Positions 37,839 through 47,445 of a stretch of DNA of 64,000 nucleotides are shown piece after piece. The translations under genes were made by a program, and so were the position numbers. Where the stretch lies: the NCBI GenBank assembly GCA_020632255.1, contig JACKFX010000002.1, positions 18,905 through 82,904 on the forward strand. The letters are read 5' to 3'. This stretch comes from Pseudomonadales bacterium (GTDB taxonomy: Bacteria; Patescibacteriota; Microgenomatia; UBA1400; PJMF01). Under the pieces are notes generated by a model. That model searched no databases. It was given only the letters and a program-made list of their open reading frames with translations, and was not told the DNA's origin. Positions within the stretch are counted from its first letter, which is position 1; the number at the start of each line of letters is the position of its first letter.

Positions 37839-38894
37839 ATGCCTGAGAGATTTAATCCAAGTATTCGCAGCATACTAGATCAGGCTTCTAAAAGTCCAGA
37901 GAGTTTAGAAGATATCATTCGTTTTCTGTTAAAAGTTGAGGCTTATGAGTATGGCTCAACACTTGAAACAAAACGACAAGTCGCCGAAGCTCTAAAATTA
38001 CTTCCCATTCCTGAGTCACTTCTTGATGAGGTTGAACTGTATATCCTCTATCTTAAAAGATACGAGCGAACACAACCACTCTTTGATCCAACCTGTATCA
38101 CTCATGAGAATGGCTACTATATTGGAGGCATTCCACTTTTTGATGCTCACGGCACCTATATTTTCCGACCTAACTACTCAGGAGAAATTATTGGTCGATC
38201 TGGAAAACACTATGAAGTAAGATGTTTTCCAAATTCAGTTGAAATCAAAAACAAAGGTAGAATCACACAGATGTCAGACATACCCGGATACTTTAAATTA
38301 AAAAAAGATGACTGGTACGCTCAAGCTATTGTAGAAAAAGAGTCACCAGATGGTTCAAAAAAGGACCACAATATCTTTTTTGGTCGCCTGCTTCAATACC
38401 TAACAGATACCTATCCTTTTGCAATGGGACCCATTACCCATTTTAGAGCAGAATGGGGTCGAGGCACCAATCATGATACCTATGAAGAATACCGTACACA
38501 GTTAGAAGAAATCGCGAAACCATTTTATACATTTCCATCAAATGTAGATGAATTAGGAAAACAACTGACACCATACATACAAGGAACACCGTTAATGGGT
38601 ATCGATCTTGAATCATATTTCCGGGAATTACGTGCTATTGAACTTCAAAGAAGAAAACAAAAAATTGAAGCTGGCTGGGACTATGATCTTGATCCTCAAG
38701 TCATTCACCATAATGCAGTGCTCGAATTTTGTGCTGAAATTGCTGCTTGGAAAACACCAACAGGCAAAGCATTACAAACAAAACTTGGTTTTTCACACAT
38801 GCACTCTTTTCCTTTACTGATGTTTTCTCGGGATGTAAGTGTCGCATTGGAAAGAGAAAGAAGACTAAAAACACTCGAATCTTTGACACCGTAA
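37839..38894 (+). CDS. hypothetical protein (351 aa)
   Basis: No recognisable family. First gene of a co-directional unit ending in dinB. Confidence 0.4.
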   Translation: MPERFNPSIRSILDQASKSPESLEDIIRFLLKVEAYEYGSTLETKRQVAEALKLLPIPESLLDEVELYILYLKRYERTQPLFDPTCITHENGYYIGGIPLFDAHGTYIFRPNYSGEIIGRSGKHYEVRCFPNSVEIKNKGRITQMSDIPGYFKLKKDDWYAQAIVEKESPDGSKKDHNIFFGRLLQYLTDTYPFAMGPITHFRAEWGRGTNHDTYEEYRTQLEEIAKPFYTFPSNVDELGKQLTPYIQGTPLMGIDLESYFRELRAIELQRRKQKIEAGWDYDLDPQVIHHNAVLEFCAEIAAWKTPTGKALQTKLGFSHMHSFPLLMFSRDVSVALERERRLKTLESLTP

Positions 38895-38940
38895 ATGTTA
38901 ACTATGGAAACATCTTTACTATCAGTATAATACTTTCAAT

Positions 38941-40008
38941 ATGCATGTAAAAAAAAATCTGGAATACCAGCCACGACATAGATCACAGTTTGATATTCTC
39001 AACCACTACCGAAATCGTTTAGATGCGCTTTCCCCAGACAAAAAAGCAAGAATTAAACCAATCTCAATCCTTGAAGGAGATAGCCCTGTTCGAGGTTTTA
39101 GAATTCAGCTCTCAAATCCTGAATCTCCTAAAAAAGGTCTCATCACCGATTGGGACGATACTCTCGAAAATTATTCAAGTCGTAAAGCCCCATACTTTCA
39201 AGCACTCTATAAGCGTTGTGCTACCACAAAATTATCACCTGTCGATTTTACAGCTATGTGTAAGGCTCTTAACCGTGCTGGTCGGGTCCTTAATTGGCAA
39301 GACATTCATCCAGAATCCTACTCACCTTTCTTAGAAATGCTGGCTGAAACACAGCTCATTGATGACCTTACTTCTGGTGTTGATGATGAAACATTTTTAA
39401 ACTTCCTACAAGTCCCTTCAGAAGCACTTGCTCGCACCTATTTACTGGAAAAAGTTATACCTCTTCTTGGGGATATGGTCACTCCAAAACATAAAGGTGA
39501 AAAAACATATTTTGCAGAAACTCATCACCAATCACTTGCTCATACTCTTGAAGAAAAACACCCACTCATTGCAGATGATGTTTGGGATGCTTATCAGCAA
39601 CATATGACCAGACCGAATCTTTCAAAAGCAAATATAGCTCTATTTGACCTTGATCCTTCAGTTTATTGGGCAATTTCAACATTTGGTGCCATCGAGTTCC
39701 AAGCAAAAAAAATTATTAGCTCCCTAGAACTGCTTAAAGCTCAAGGAAAACGTATTCCCGATGAAATCATGATTATTACTCATGGTAGAAAACAACAAGC
39801 ACTCCTCCAAATTATGGATGAGCATCCAGAAACTGAATGGACCTATGTGGATGATAGTGAACGCCAGCTTGCTTCTCTCCATGAGGAACGTCCACAAATA
39901 CATGCTATCTGTGCTAAACTTTCTGGCACAAAACGTGTAGATGAACCTTCCAATTACCCCACCACCGAAATGACCGATCCCCTTTCAATGCTGATTAACT
40001 CTGTTTGA
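38941..40008 (+). CDS. HAD-superfamily hydrolase-like protein
   Basis: GLITDWDDTL matches HAD motif I (hhhhDxDxT[LV]) and a later VDDSER resembles motif IV. Large cap insertion. Confidence 0.4.
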   Translation: MHVKKNLEYQPRHRSQFDILNHYRNRLDALSPDKKARIKPISILEGDSPVRGFRIQLSNPESPKKGLITDWDDTLENYSSRKAPYFQALYKRCATTKLSPVDFTAMCKALNRAGRVLNWQDIHPESYSPFLEMLAETQLIDDLTSGVDDETFLNFLQVPSEALARTYLLEKVIPLLGDMVTPKHKGEKTYFAETHHQSLAHTLEEKHPLIADDVWDAYQQHMTRPNLSKANIALFDLDPSVYWAISTFGAIEFQAKKIISSLELLKAQGKRIPDEIMIITHGRKQQALLQIMDEHPETEWTYVDDSERQLASLHEERPQIHAICAKLSGTKRVDEPSNYPTTEMTDPLSMLINSV

Positions 40009-40059
40009 TATCTTTGGACATATTGACGAGTTCGGGTTTGCTTAGTGTAGTATGGAGAC

Positions 40060-40305
40060 ATGTACCAAACAATTAACGAAACAATTGCCGTTGTGGGCAC
40101 CTATAAAGATGGCATGTTTGTGCCTCGAAAATTTAAGTGGCGAGAGAGAATTATGCCTGTTGATACTATTACCCTCGTTAATGATACCCGAGATGGTGTT
40201 CGCAAGAAACGCTTGTATAGTTTGGTTTCGAAAGGAACCGTATTTCGCCTAGAGTTTGACCGTGATAATGAGCATTGGTTATTATTAGAACTCTGGGTTG
40301 AGTAA
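40060..40305 (+). CDS. hypothetical small protein, translationally coupled to dinB
   Basis: 81 aa. Its stop TAA (40303-40305) is 1 nt before the dinB ATG. Confidence 0.4.
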   Translation: MYQTINETIAVVGTYKDGMFVPRKFKWRERIMPVDTITLVNDTRDGVRKKRLYSLVSKGTVFRLEFDRDNEHWLLLELWVE

Positions 40306-40306
40306 T

Positions 40307-41539
40307 ATGGAACGAACTATCCTGCATGTAGACATTAATTCCTATTTTGCTACTATGTTGCAGCAAGAAAATCCACACTTACGTGGTAAACCCATTGGGG
40401 TCGTTAAAGATGAAGGTCGCACATGCCTTATTGCTCTGAGCAAAGAAGCCAAACAGTTTGGTATCGAAACCGGTGCTCGCAAACAAGAAGCCTTGACTCT
40501 CTGTCCCCAATTGCTCTGCCTTCCCGCCAGTTTTGAGCGATACCTTGATGCCACCAAACGTCTTCAAAAAGTTTTTTTAACTGTTGCGCCCTCTGTCTAC
40601 ATTTACTCTCTTGACGAGGCCTTTATTGACGTTACCGACTGCCGAGAACATCTCTATCCCGATTTAGAAAAGCTTGGTAAAACTATCCAAGACCGCATTA
40701 AAACAGAACTGGGAGAGTGGGTTACCTGTAATATTGGCATTGCCAACAATCGCTTCATGGCAAAAATGGCTAGTGAAGTTGCCCCCAAAGGAGGGGTGAG
40801 TATTGTTACTCCCGATAAAAAAGAACTAATTCTGGCGACCACCCCATTCAAAGATGTCTGTGGCATTGGCTACCGCCTCAGTAAAAAATTAGCTCGTTGT
40901 AATGTCTTTTACCCCTACCAAATTCGTTTTATTCCAGAAGAGGAGCTACATACTCTTTTTGGCCCGTTTTGGAGTGTCCAGCTAGCTAAAATGGCCTACG
41001 GAGAAGAACCTCATCTCTTGCAACAGATTGATCGAGAGATCCCTCATATGAAAAGTGTTGGCCGCTCGATTACCGGATACCATCTGTATCAAAACCCTAC
41101 AGAAATTAAGCGCATTCTGCATAACCTCTCTATCGAAATCATTGAAAAAGTGCGCATTCAAAAATTGGCGGGTCGAAACATTTGGATTGGCCTGTATGGC
41201 CAAGAAGGGTACTGGTCTGCACATCTCACCATAGCAACACCCATTAATCAAGTGTTTGAGCTTATCAATCGGGTAGACCACCTCTACAAACAATGGAATC
41301 ACTCTTTCGAGGTCATTAAGTTTGCTGTCCGGCTCTCGCTGTTAGAACCACATCAGCAAGACCAACTGTTGCCATCCTGGCAGAAGCACGAGTCTATTCA
41401 ACGAGCTTTAGATACCATTAATACTAAGTTTGGCCGCTTTACTGCCCGACCAGCTGCAGTACCTCCTCAAAAAGAACTTATTTATCCTGAAGTGACTGGA
41501 TTTCTGGGAGATAAGCTCTATCAACTTCGCAATGAATAA
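40307..41539 (+). CDS. dinB: DNA polymerase IV (Y-family)
   Basis: ILHVDINSYFATM... and ...SLDEAFIDVT, the Y-family palm motifs. Start at the ATG at 40307 (MERTILHVD) rather than the TTG at 40298. Confidence 0.85.
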   Translation: MERTILHVDINSYFATMLQQENPHLRGKPIGVVKDEGRTCLIALSKEAKQFGIETGARKQEALTLCPQLLCLPASFERYLDATKRLQKVFLTVAPSVYIYSLDEAFIDVTDCREHLYPDLEKLGKTIQDRIKTELGEWVTCNIGIANNRFMAKMASEVAPKGGVSIVTPDKKELILATTPFKDVCGIGYRLSKKLARCNVFYPYQIRFIPEEELHTLFGPFWSVQLAKMAYGEEPHLLQQIDREIPHMKSVGRSITGYHLYQNPTEIKRILHNLSIEIIEKVRIQKLAGRNIWIGLYGQEGYWSAHLTIATPINQVFELINRVDHLYKQWNHSFEVIKFAVRLSLLEPHQQDQLLPSWQKHESIQRALDTINTKFGRFTARPAAVPPQKELIYPEVTGFLGDKLYQLRNE

Positions 41540-41725
41540 TATCCCATAACTTGCTATTTGGGTGCAACTATGCTATACTATACATTCTGTTGAAAAGCCA
41601 AAGAGCTTTACAACTTGGTTTAAGCTAGAAACTTTGTAAGAATATTTCTCAATACCTATTATTCGCTTCTTGTCTTTTACCCCTAGGCTAACTACTAGTG
41701 ATATTTCGTAGTAAACCTAGTATTA

Positions 41726-42979
41726 ATGAAGAAAAAGAAAGAAGTATCTATGAGCAGACAACGCTCTCATCGTCATAGACGATCAAACAACAATTCATTT
41801 AGTAACGCTGGTGGACAACAAGCACAGAGTTCTCATCCTCGTGGCAATCGCAACGGGAATAGAATAAAGTACTTTGATCCAACTTCAGTTATTTTGCAGT
41901 CTCAGACAGAAACGCAACAAATTGTGGAAAATGACGTCTACGAGAACAGAAACAACTTTGTCGATTTTGAGATCTCACCAGAACTCAAGCGAAACATTGC
42001 TGACCGCGGCTATAAAACACCAACTCCAATTCAAGATCAGGTCATTCCTCATATCTTAAAGGGGAAAGACGTGGTGGGTATCGCTAATACGGGGACCGGA
42101 AAAACTGCAGCCTTTTTGATTCCATTGATTGAAAAGATTATCCAGAATCCTGAAGAAAAAGTTTTAATCATTGCCCCAACTCGTGAGTTGGCTGTGCAAA
42201 TTCGAGATGAACTTAAACTCTTCATTACCGGGATAAACATCTACTCTACCCTTACCATTGGAGGGACATCTTTAAACCGTCAAATTGAGCATCTTAAACG
42301 CGGACAAAGCTTCGTGATCGGAACTCCTGGGCGAATTAAAGATCTTAACGAACGTCGAAAGTTACCATTTGATCAGTTTGGCACTATCGTGTTGGATGAA
42401 GTCGACCGTATGCTCGACATGGGCTTCATCCATGATATTAAGCGTATTATTAGCTTGCTGCCAGCTGTAAGAACATCATTATTTTTCTCGGCCACCATGA
42501 CACCCATTGTTCAAGAAGTAATGAATGACTTTTTACATGATCCTATCTTTGTCTCTGTGAAAACACAAGAAACATCAACCAATGTTATTCAAAATGTCAT
42601 TAAAATGAATGGTCGATCTAAGCTTGATGTGCTCCACGAGCTACTTCAAGGAGACTCATTTGAAAAAGTCTTAGTGTTCCACAGAACCAAGCATGCTGCA
42701 AACAAACTTGCACAAAAACTCACTCAACGTGGAATTAAGGCAAACGCTATTCATGGAAACAAATCTCAGAATCAACGCCAGCGCGCATTGGATGAATTCA
42801 AAAAGAACTACGTCAAAGTGTTAATTGCTACCGACGTGGTCGCTCGAGGCGTTGACATTAAAAATGTCACTCATGTGATCAACTATGACTTCCCTGAATC
42901 ATACGAAAGCTATGTCCATCGCATCGGCCGCACTGGTCGTGCAGATAGTAAAGGTGTTGCACTAACGTTTGTAGAGTAA
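41726..42979 (+). CDS. DEAD-box ATP-dependent RNA helicase
   Basis: Q-motif ..TPTPIQ, GTGKTAAF (motif I), DEVDRMLDMGF (DEAD variant DEVD), SAT, HRIGRTGR. Arg/Ser-rich N-terminal extension. Confidence 0.85.
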   Translation: MKKKKEVSMSRQRSHRHRRSNNNSFSNAGGQQAQSSHPRGNRNGNRIKYFDPTSVILQSQTETQQIVENDVYENRNNFVDFEISPELKRNIADRGYKTPTPIQDQVIPHILKGKDVVGIANTGTGKTAAFLIPLIEKIIQNPEEKVLIIAPTRELAVQIRDELKLFITGINIYSTLTIGGTSLNRQIEHLKRGQSFVIGTPGRIKDLNERRKLPFDQFGTIVLDEVDRMLDMGFIHDIKRIISLLPAVRTSLFFSATMTPIVQEVMNDFLHDPIFVSVKTQETSTNVIQNVIKMNGRSKLDVLHELLQGDSFEKVLVFHRTKHAANKLAQKLTQRGIKANAIHGNKSQNQRQRALDEFKKNYVKVLIATDVVARGVDIKNVTHVINYDFPESYESYVHRIGRTGRADSKGVALTFVE

Positions 42980-42981
42980 GA

Positions 42982-44739
42982 CTAATAAATAGTAGTTTCC
43001 TCAATATATGTTGTCGATGCGGCATCACTCGCGGGCAGATAGAAGATAATCATACCTTTACGGAAAAAATTACCCGTTTGATCACCTACAGAAATGTAGT
43101 GCCATTGACCATCATCTCTAACGGCTAAAATGAGGTCTCTATACAGGTGTATGTTTTGATCAGTCACATGCTGAACATGCAAAAGTTGTTCTGTCATGAT
43201 GCCATCATCCACAAATGCATAGAGCTCATCACCAAAAGTAACTCTTTCATAGGTGGTTTCTAGTAATTTTCTGTACAACGGCGTTTCAATGATAAAATCT
43301 GGTTTACTCAAATAATTTTTTTCAGCATCAATCCGTGGATCGAGCCAAAGAGCTGAATTACTAAATACTGTTGTCGCAAGATTTCCTGCATGGTATGGAT
43401 ACAGTATATGCAGCGGTTTACCTTTTGGATTGAGATTGTATGCTTTTTTTTCAAGCAAGTACTCTAACCCTAAAGCATCATAGTACTGCATGTCAAAGAT
43501 TATTTCACTCACTTCACCTTGAGTTACTAGTTCATCAATAGATTGAACAATCGCATCCTGATTTTTAATTTCGAGGTTGAGCGGATGCATATTCGAAAAA
43601 AGCAGAAAAAAGACATACACTGCAGTAAAGAGGATAAAAATAATTTTTTTCTGTAAAGCTGACAACAGTGTCCCTAAAACACTCGCAAGAATATAAAAAA
43701 TTGCAGGCAGTTGCACGAAGTAGTAATACTCTGGTGTCTGTCCACTATATAAAGAAAAACAAACTGCTATACCCAAAATCCAGAAAAATGAAAGCTGAAA
43801 CAACTTTTTTTCTTTTTCTGTAATCTTTTTATAAAGAAGTAAGGTGGTCAAAACTACCACTACCCCAGCAATCAAAATGAGTTCGAGAGAATTTCCTTCC
43901 AATAAAACACCGCCCAGGTTTTCTAGAGAAATTTGCATCGCGTGTAGAAGTGTAGTAAAAAAACCTACTAGACCAAACCCGGTCTTTCCTTCCAACAGAC
44001 TTAACAGTCCCCTTGTATTTAAATAATTATTTTTTATGTCAAAAAGCACTGTGGGCAGAAGTGAGGCAAGAAAGCCTACAAAAAGGGCCCCGTATAACCA
44101 TACGTTTTTATACCTACGCACCACTAAATAGATACAAGCAAGTGGAGCTAAAATGAGTCCAGAAAAATGTGCTTGATACCCTAAAAACGCCCCAACAAAG
44201 AGCAAGAACTCAGTTGGGATGTGTTTTCCAAACAATTGATATCTGTATTTTCTCTCTAATGCTAACAGAGGAAAAAATGTCAGACTACTTGCAAGAACAG
44301 TCAGATTTGGATTCCATAAAATTCTATCCATTGGAATCAGGAGTGGTGAAAATGCCCAAAGAGCAAGTATAAGGTGTTGTTCTCTTTCTACTACTTTTGT
44401 TAACCATGCTAGAGTTATCCCAGTAAGCAACGCTAAAAAAAGCGGTACAAAAATTGCTGTGTAGTGTGAAAATCCGAGAAAAAGAAACGGAGCCGCAACA
44501 TAATAGATGAGTGGCCCAGTAAACATTTCTGCCGGACCAGTTCTTGGCCCTAAAAAAACCAGGTCACCTTCAACAATTTTTTCTGCACTGGTTATAATTT
44601 GGAGATTATCAAACCCCAGTGGATAGTAACCAAATTTATATGCCCTAAGAAAAAGTCCAACCGCGACAATTAGAATGAGAATGATGCTGTTTTGTATTTT
44701 TTCAGGAATGCTTATCATTATCTTGAGTATAGCAAACAA
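42982..44739 (-). CDS. integral membrane GT-C-like glycosyltransferase (ArnT/PMT-related)
   Basis: About 12 TM helices with a conserved first-loop region (..LGFDNLQIITSAEKIVEGDLVFLGPRTGPAEMFTGPLIYY..) similar to the ORF at 51121..52686. Confidence 0.5.
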   Translation of the reverse strand: MFAILKIMISIPEKIQNSIILILIVAVGLFLRAYKFGYYPLGFDNLQIITSAEKIVEGDLVFLGPRTGPAEMFTGPLIYYVAAPFLFLGFSHYTAIFVPLFLALLTGITLAWLTKVVEREQHLILALWAFSPLLIPMDRILWNPNLTVLASSLTFFPLLALERKYRYQLFGKHIPTEFLLFVGAFLGYQAHFSGLILAPLACIYLVVRRYKNVWLYGALFVGFLASLLPTVLFDIKNNYLNTRGLLSLLEGKTGFGLVGFFTTLLHAMQISLENLGGVLLEGNSLELILIAGVVVVLTTLLLYKKITEKEKKLFQLSFFWILGIAVCFSLYSGQTPEYYYFVQLPAIFYILASVLGTLLSALQKKIIFILFTAVYVFFLLFSNMHPLNLEIKNQDAIVQSIDELVTQGEVSEIIFDMQYYDALGLEYLLEKKAYNLNPKGKPLHILYPYHAGNLATTVFSNSALWLDPRIDAEKNYLSKPDFIIETPLYRKLLETTYERVTFGDELYAFVDDGIMTEQLLHVQHVTDQNIHLYRDLILAVRDDGQWHYISVGDQTGNFFRKGMIIFYLPASDAASTTYIEETTIY

Positions 44740-45042
44740 TTACAAAAGACCATAAACTACTTTTTACCCTATAACTTGAAGTTACATTAAAAAATGATAT
44801 GGTCAAAAGTATCTGTGTACGAAGAAGGAATTGATAAATCAAAATAAATTAACCAAAAATCAAAAACAACTCTTACTAGACTTCAAAAAAACTCTCGAGT
44901 GCTACTAGAAAAAAAACAAACTCCAATCAATGTAGTCAAAAAAACGCACTCAAGAAGAAAATGGGAATGATTGGCAAAAGAATACAATAATTAGAGCATC
45001 TCGACCCTTACCTATCTGGTCTGAAACAAGTATACTACATAG

Positions 45043-45960
45043 GTGACTACCATCTATTACAAAAACCTCAAGCACAAGACTGTCAAGCAACTCGACACTC
45101 TCCGGGTTGGTTCTTGGATGCATATAGAGTCAGCAACTCAAGATGATATTGACATGGCTTGTAAGCGATTTAAGCTAGATGAAAACATTCTCGTTGATGC
45201 TCTCGACATGTTTGAAGTGCCGCGTATCGAAAAGGACGAGGGGAAAACATACCTTTTTACGCGGTTCGTATATGGATCTGTATCCGCTGCAAAAACTGCG
45301 CCACTCTTAATAGTTGTTGGTCCCGATTTTTTTCTGACCATTACACCTCAAAAAATGGATGCAGTCGAATCAGTTATCAAATCAAGTGACTTTTACTCAA
45401 CTCAAAAAACAAAATTACTTATTCAGCTTCTCCTCACATTAGATCGCGATTTTGAAAAATACATTAAAACAATTGCCAAAGATATTCACCGAGTTACAGT
45501 CAACATCGAAGAAATAGATAACAAAAGTTTAATTAGCTTTGTAAACTATGAATACGTCTTTAATGACTTTTTGCTTGGCCTAAGACCAGACAATAATACT
45601 CTGGAAAAACTTCTCAGCGGCAAGTATGTCAGACTATTTGAAGAAGACAAAGAGCTGATTGAAGACTTGTACTTAACTAACGAACAACTTATCAATATGA
45701 GCCAAGCCAATATTAAGTACTTAGTAAATATTCGTGACTCCTACTCTACCATCACCTCAAATAATTTGAACAAGACCATGAAGTTTTTAACTTCGATCAC
45801 CCTAATCTTAACTATTCCAACTATGGTCTTTAGTTACTATGGCATGAATGTACACTTACCTCTAGATAGCAATCCGCTTGCTTTTATCTATATTATTGTT
45901 GGCACCATACTAGTATCGACACTATTACTTTGGTACTTCAATAAAAAAGATTTATTATAG
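45043..45960 (+). CDS. corA: CorA-family magnesium/cobalt transporter
   Basis: C-terminal two TM helices with the YGMN signature (VFSYYGMNVHLP). GTG start as given by the track, so the start is uncertain. Confidence 0.75.
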   Translation: MTTIYYKNLKHKTVKQLDTLRVGSWMHIESATQDDIDMACKRFKLDENILVDALDMFEVPRIEKDEGKTYLFTRFVYGSVSAAKTAPLLIVVGPDFFLTITPQKMDAVESVIKSSDFYSTQKTKLLIQLLLTLDRDFEKYIKTIAKDIHRVTVNIEEIDNKSLISFVNYEYVFNDFLLGLRPDNNTLEKLLSGKYVRLFEEDKELIEDLYLTNEQLINMSQANIKYLVNIRDSYSTITSNNLNKTMKFLTSITLILTIPTMVFSYYGMNVHLPLDSNPLAFIYIIVGTILVSTLLLWYFNKKDLL

Positions 45961-46014
45961 TGCTCTTTTCAATACGTAAATCTTATGTATTGACCCCCCC
46001 ATTACACTTAGATT

Positions 46015-46692
46015 ATGAAAACACCTTCAGTTTTGGTTGTAGAAAACGACCCACTGCTCACCCAATCATTAAAAAATCACTGCAAACACAAAGGTATTCC
46101 AGCTCACTTTACGGGAAAACTTACTGCTGCTCTTGATCTCATTGAACAAGAGAAATTTTCAGTTGTCGTCGTCGACCGCATGCTTGATGACGGAGATGGT
46201 ATTGAACTTGTAGAGTACCTGCACGACATATCTCCACAAACTAAAGTAATTGTTTGCTCCAACATGGGAAGTGAGCATGATCGAATTTATGGTTTAGAAA
46301 CAGGTGCTGATGCATATCTATCAAAGCCATTCTCTTTCTCTGAATTCTCACTCATTTTAGAAAAACTCTTGCGAGTTCACAAACAAATTGAGTCACACGT
46401 ATTGCGCGCTGGTGCAGTAGTATTGCACACCAGTTCCGGGGTTGTCACCATAGGTAACTGCACAAAACAACTGAGGAAAAAAGAAACACAGCTACTAGCA
46501 TGTTTAATGATCCACAAAAATACGGTGGTCAGCCGCAATGATTTGATCGAGTATGTGTGGGGCATTACAGATTCACAGCCAAACTACAATACACTTGATG
46601 TCTACATTCGTCGGATTCGCATGAGCTTTGGAAAAGACCATGCACACTTTATTCAGACTAAACGAGGCTTTGGTTATCTGTTGCGTATTTAA
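46015..46692 (+). CDS. response regulator, OmpR/winged-helix family
   Basis: Receiver domain (VLVVEND...VVVDRMLDDGDG) and a C-terminal wHTH (..LDVYIRRIRMSFG...RGFGYLL). Confidence 0.8.
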   Translation: MKTPSVLVVENDPLLTQSLKNHCKHKGIPAHFTGKLTAALDLIEQEKFSVVVVDRMLDDGDGIELVEYLHDISPQTKVIVCSNMGSEHDRIYGLETGADAYLSKPFSFSEFSLILEKLLRVHKQIESHVLRAGAVVLHTSSGVVTIGNCTKQLRKKETQLLACLMIHKNTVVSRNDLIEYVWGITDSQPNYNTLDVYIRRIRMSFGKDHAHFIQTKRGFGYLLRI

Positions 46693-46693
46693 T

Positions 46694-47404
46694 TCATTTT
46701 ATTGGAACAACAATATGCACTTTAGTACCAACTCCTAGAGCACTCTCTAGACGTACAGACCCAGAAAAGTATTCTCGTATTGTTCGTACAGCAAATGGCA
46801 CTCCTAATCCCGTACTGTGTTTATGACAACTCACTCCTTTAATCCTTGCCATGAACTGTTCGACAGGGTTCATTCCTCTACCATAATCAGAAATTGTCAC
46901 ACAAATTGAATTACAATGGAGAGTTATTGCGATCTCAACCTGCTTAACTACTCCCTCAGGATACGACTCAACAGCATTCTTTACTATGCAAACCAAACAT
47001 TCAGTGAAAAGAAGTTTTGAACCTGAAATCAAGGCAGCACGACGCACTTCGGGTGAACAACAAATAGAAAATGCGGCAGAGCTCCCCAACATCTTGTGTA
47101 CTTCTTGAACCGCATCATATATTTGAAATTGTTCTGACAAAACACCAGAAACTGATTGAAATAGTTCCCGTAATCTTAGTACGGAAATTTTCATTCTGTT
47201 CACAGTTTGAGGGTCATGTTGCTCTGAGGTTAATAAACTATCCGTGTCCAACAGAAGTGTTGTAAGCGGAGTGGCACATGCATGCTGAAACACACTCATT
47301 CCTAGAGGACTTTCAGAGCTCTGCTGTGAAATCGTCACAAAAGAGAACGCAGTTCTCCATACGGGCAGACTGAGCAACCATTGGATACAAAGCCTCATAT
47401 ACAA
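46694..47404 (-). CDS. sensor histidine kinase (minimal: HisKA + HATPase_c, no obvious sensor domain)
   Basis: H-box-like FQHACATPLTTL, and HATPase_c blocks (..VKNAVESYPEG..ISDYGRGM..GLGVPF..). Confidence 0.6.
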   Translation of the reverse strand: MYMRLCIQWLLSLPVWRTAFSFVTISQQSSESPLGMSVFQHACATPLTTLLLDTDSLLTSEQHDPQTVNRMKISVLRLRELFQSVSGVLSEQFQIYDAVQEVHKMLGSSAAFSICCSPEVRRAALISGSKLLFTECLVCIVKNAVESYPEGVVKQVEIAITLHCNSICVTISDYGRGMNPVEQFMARIKGVSCHKHSTGLGVPFAVRTIREYFSGSVRLESALGVGTKVHIVVPIK

Positions 47405-47445
47405 GGCGTACTTTACTCGACAAAACTGACATTATCTGTAGGAAA

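Noticed and set aside
44740-45042. Mg2+ (M-box) riboswitch upstream of corA
   Set aside because: No match to the conserved M-box core segments was apparent. The region looks like an ordinary AT-rich divergent promoter.
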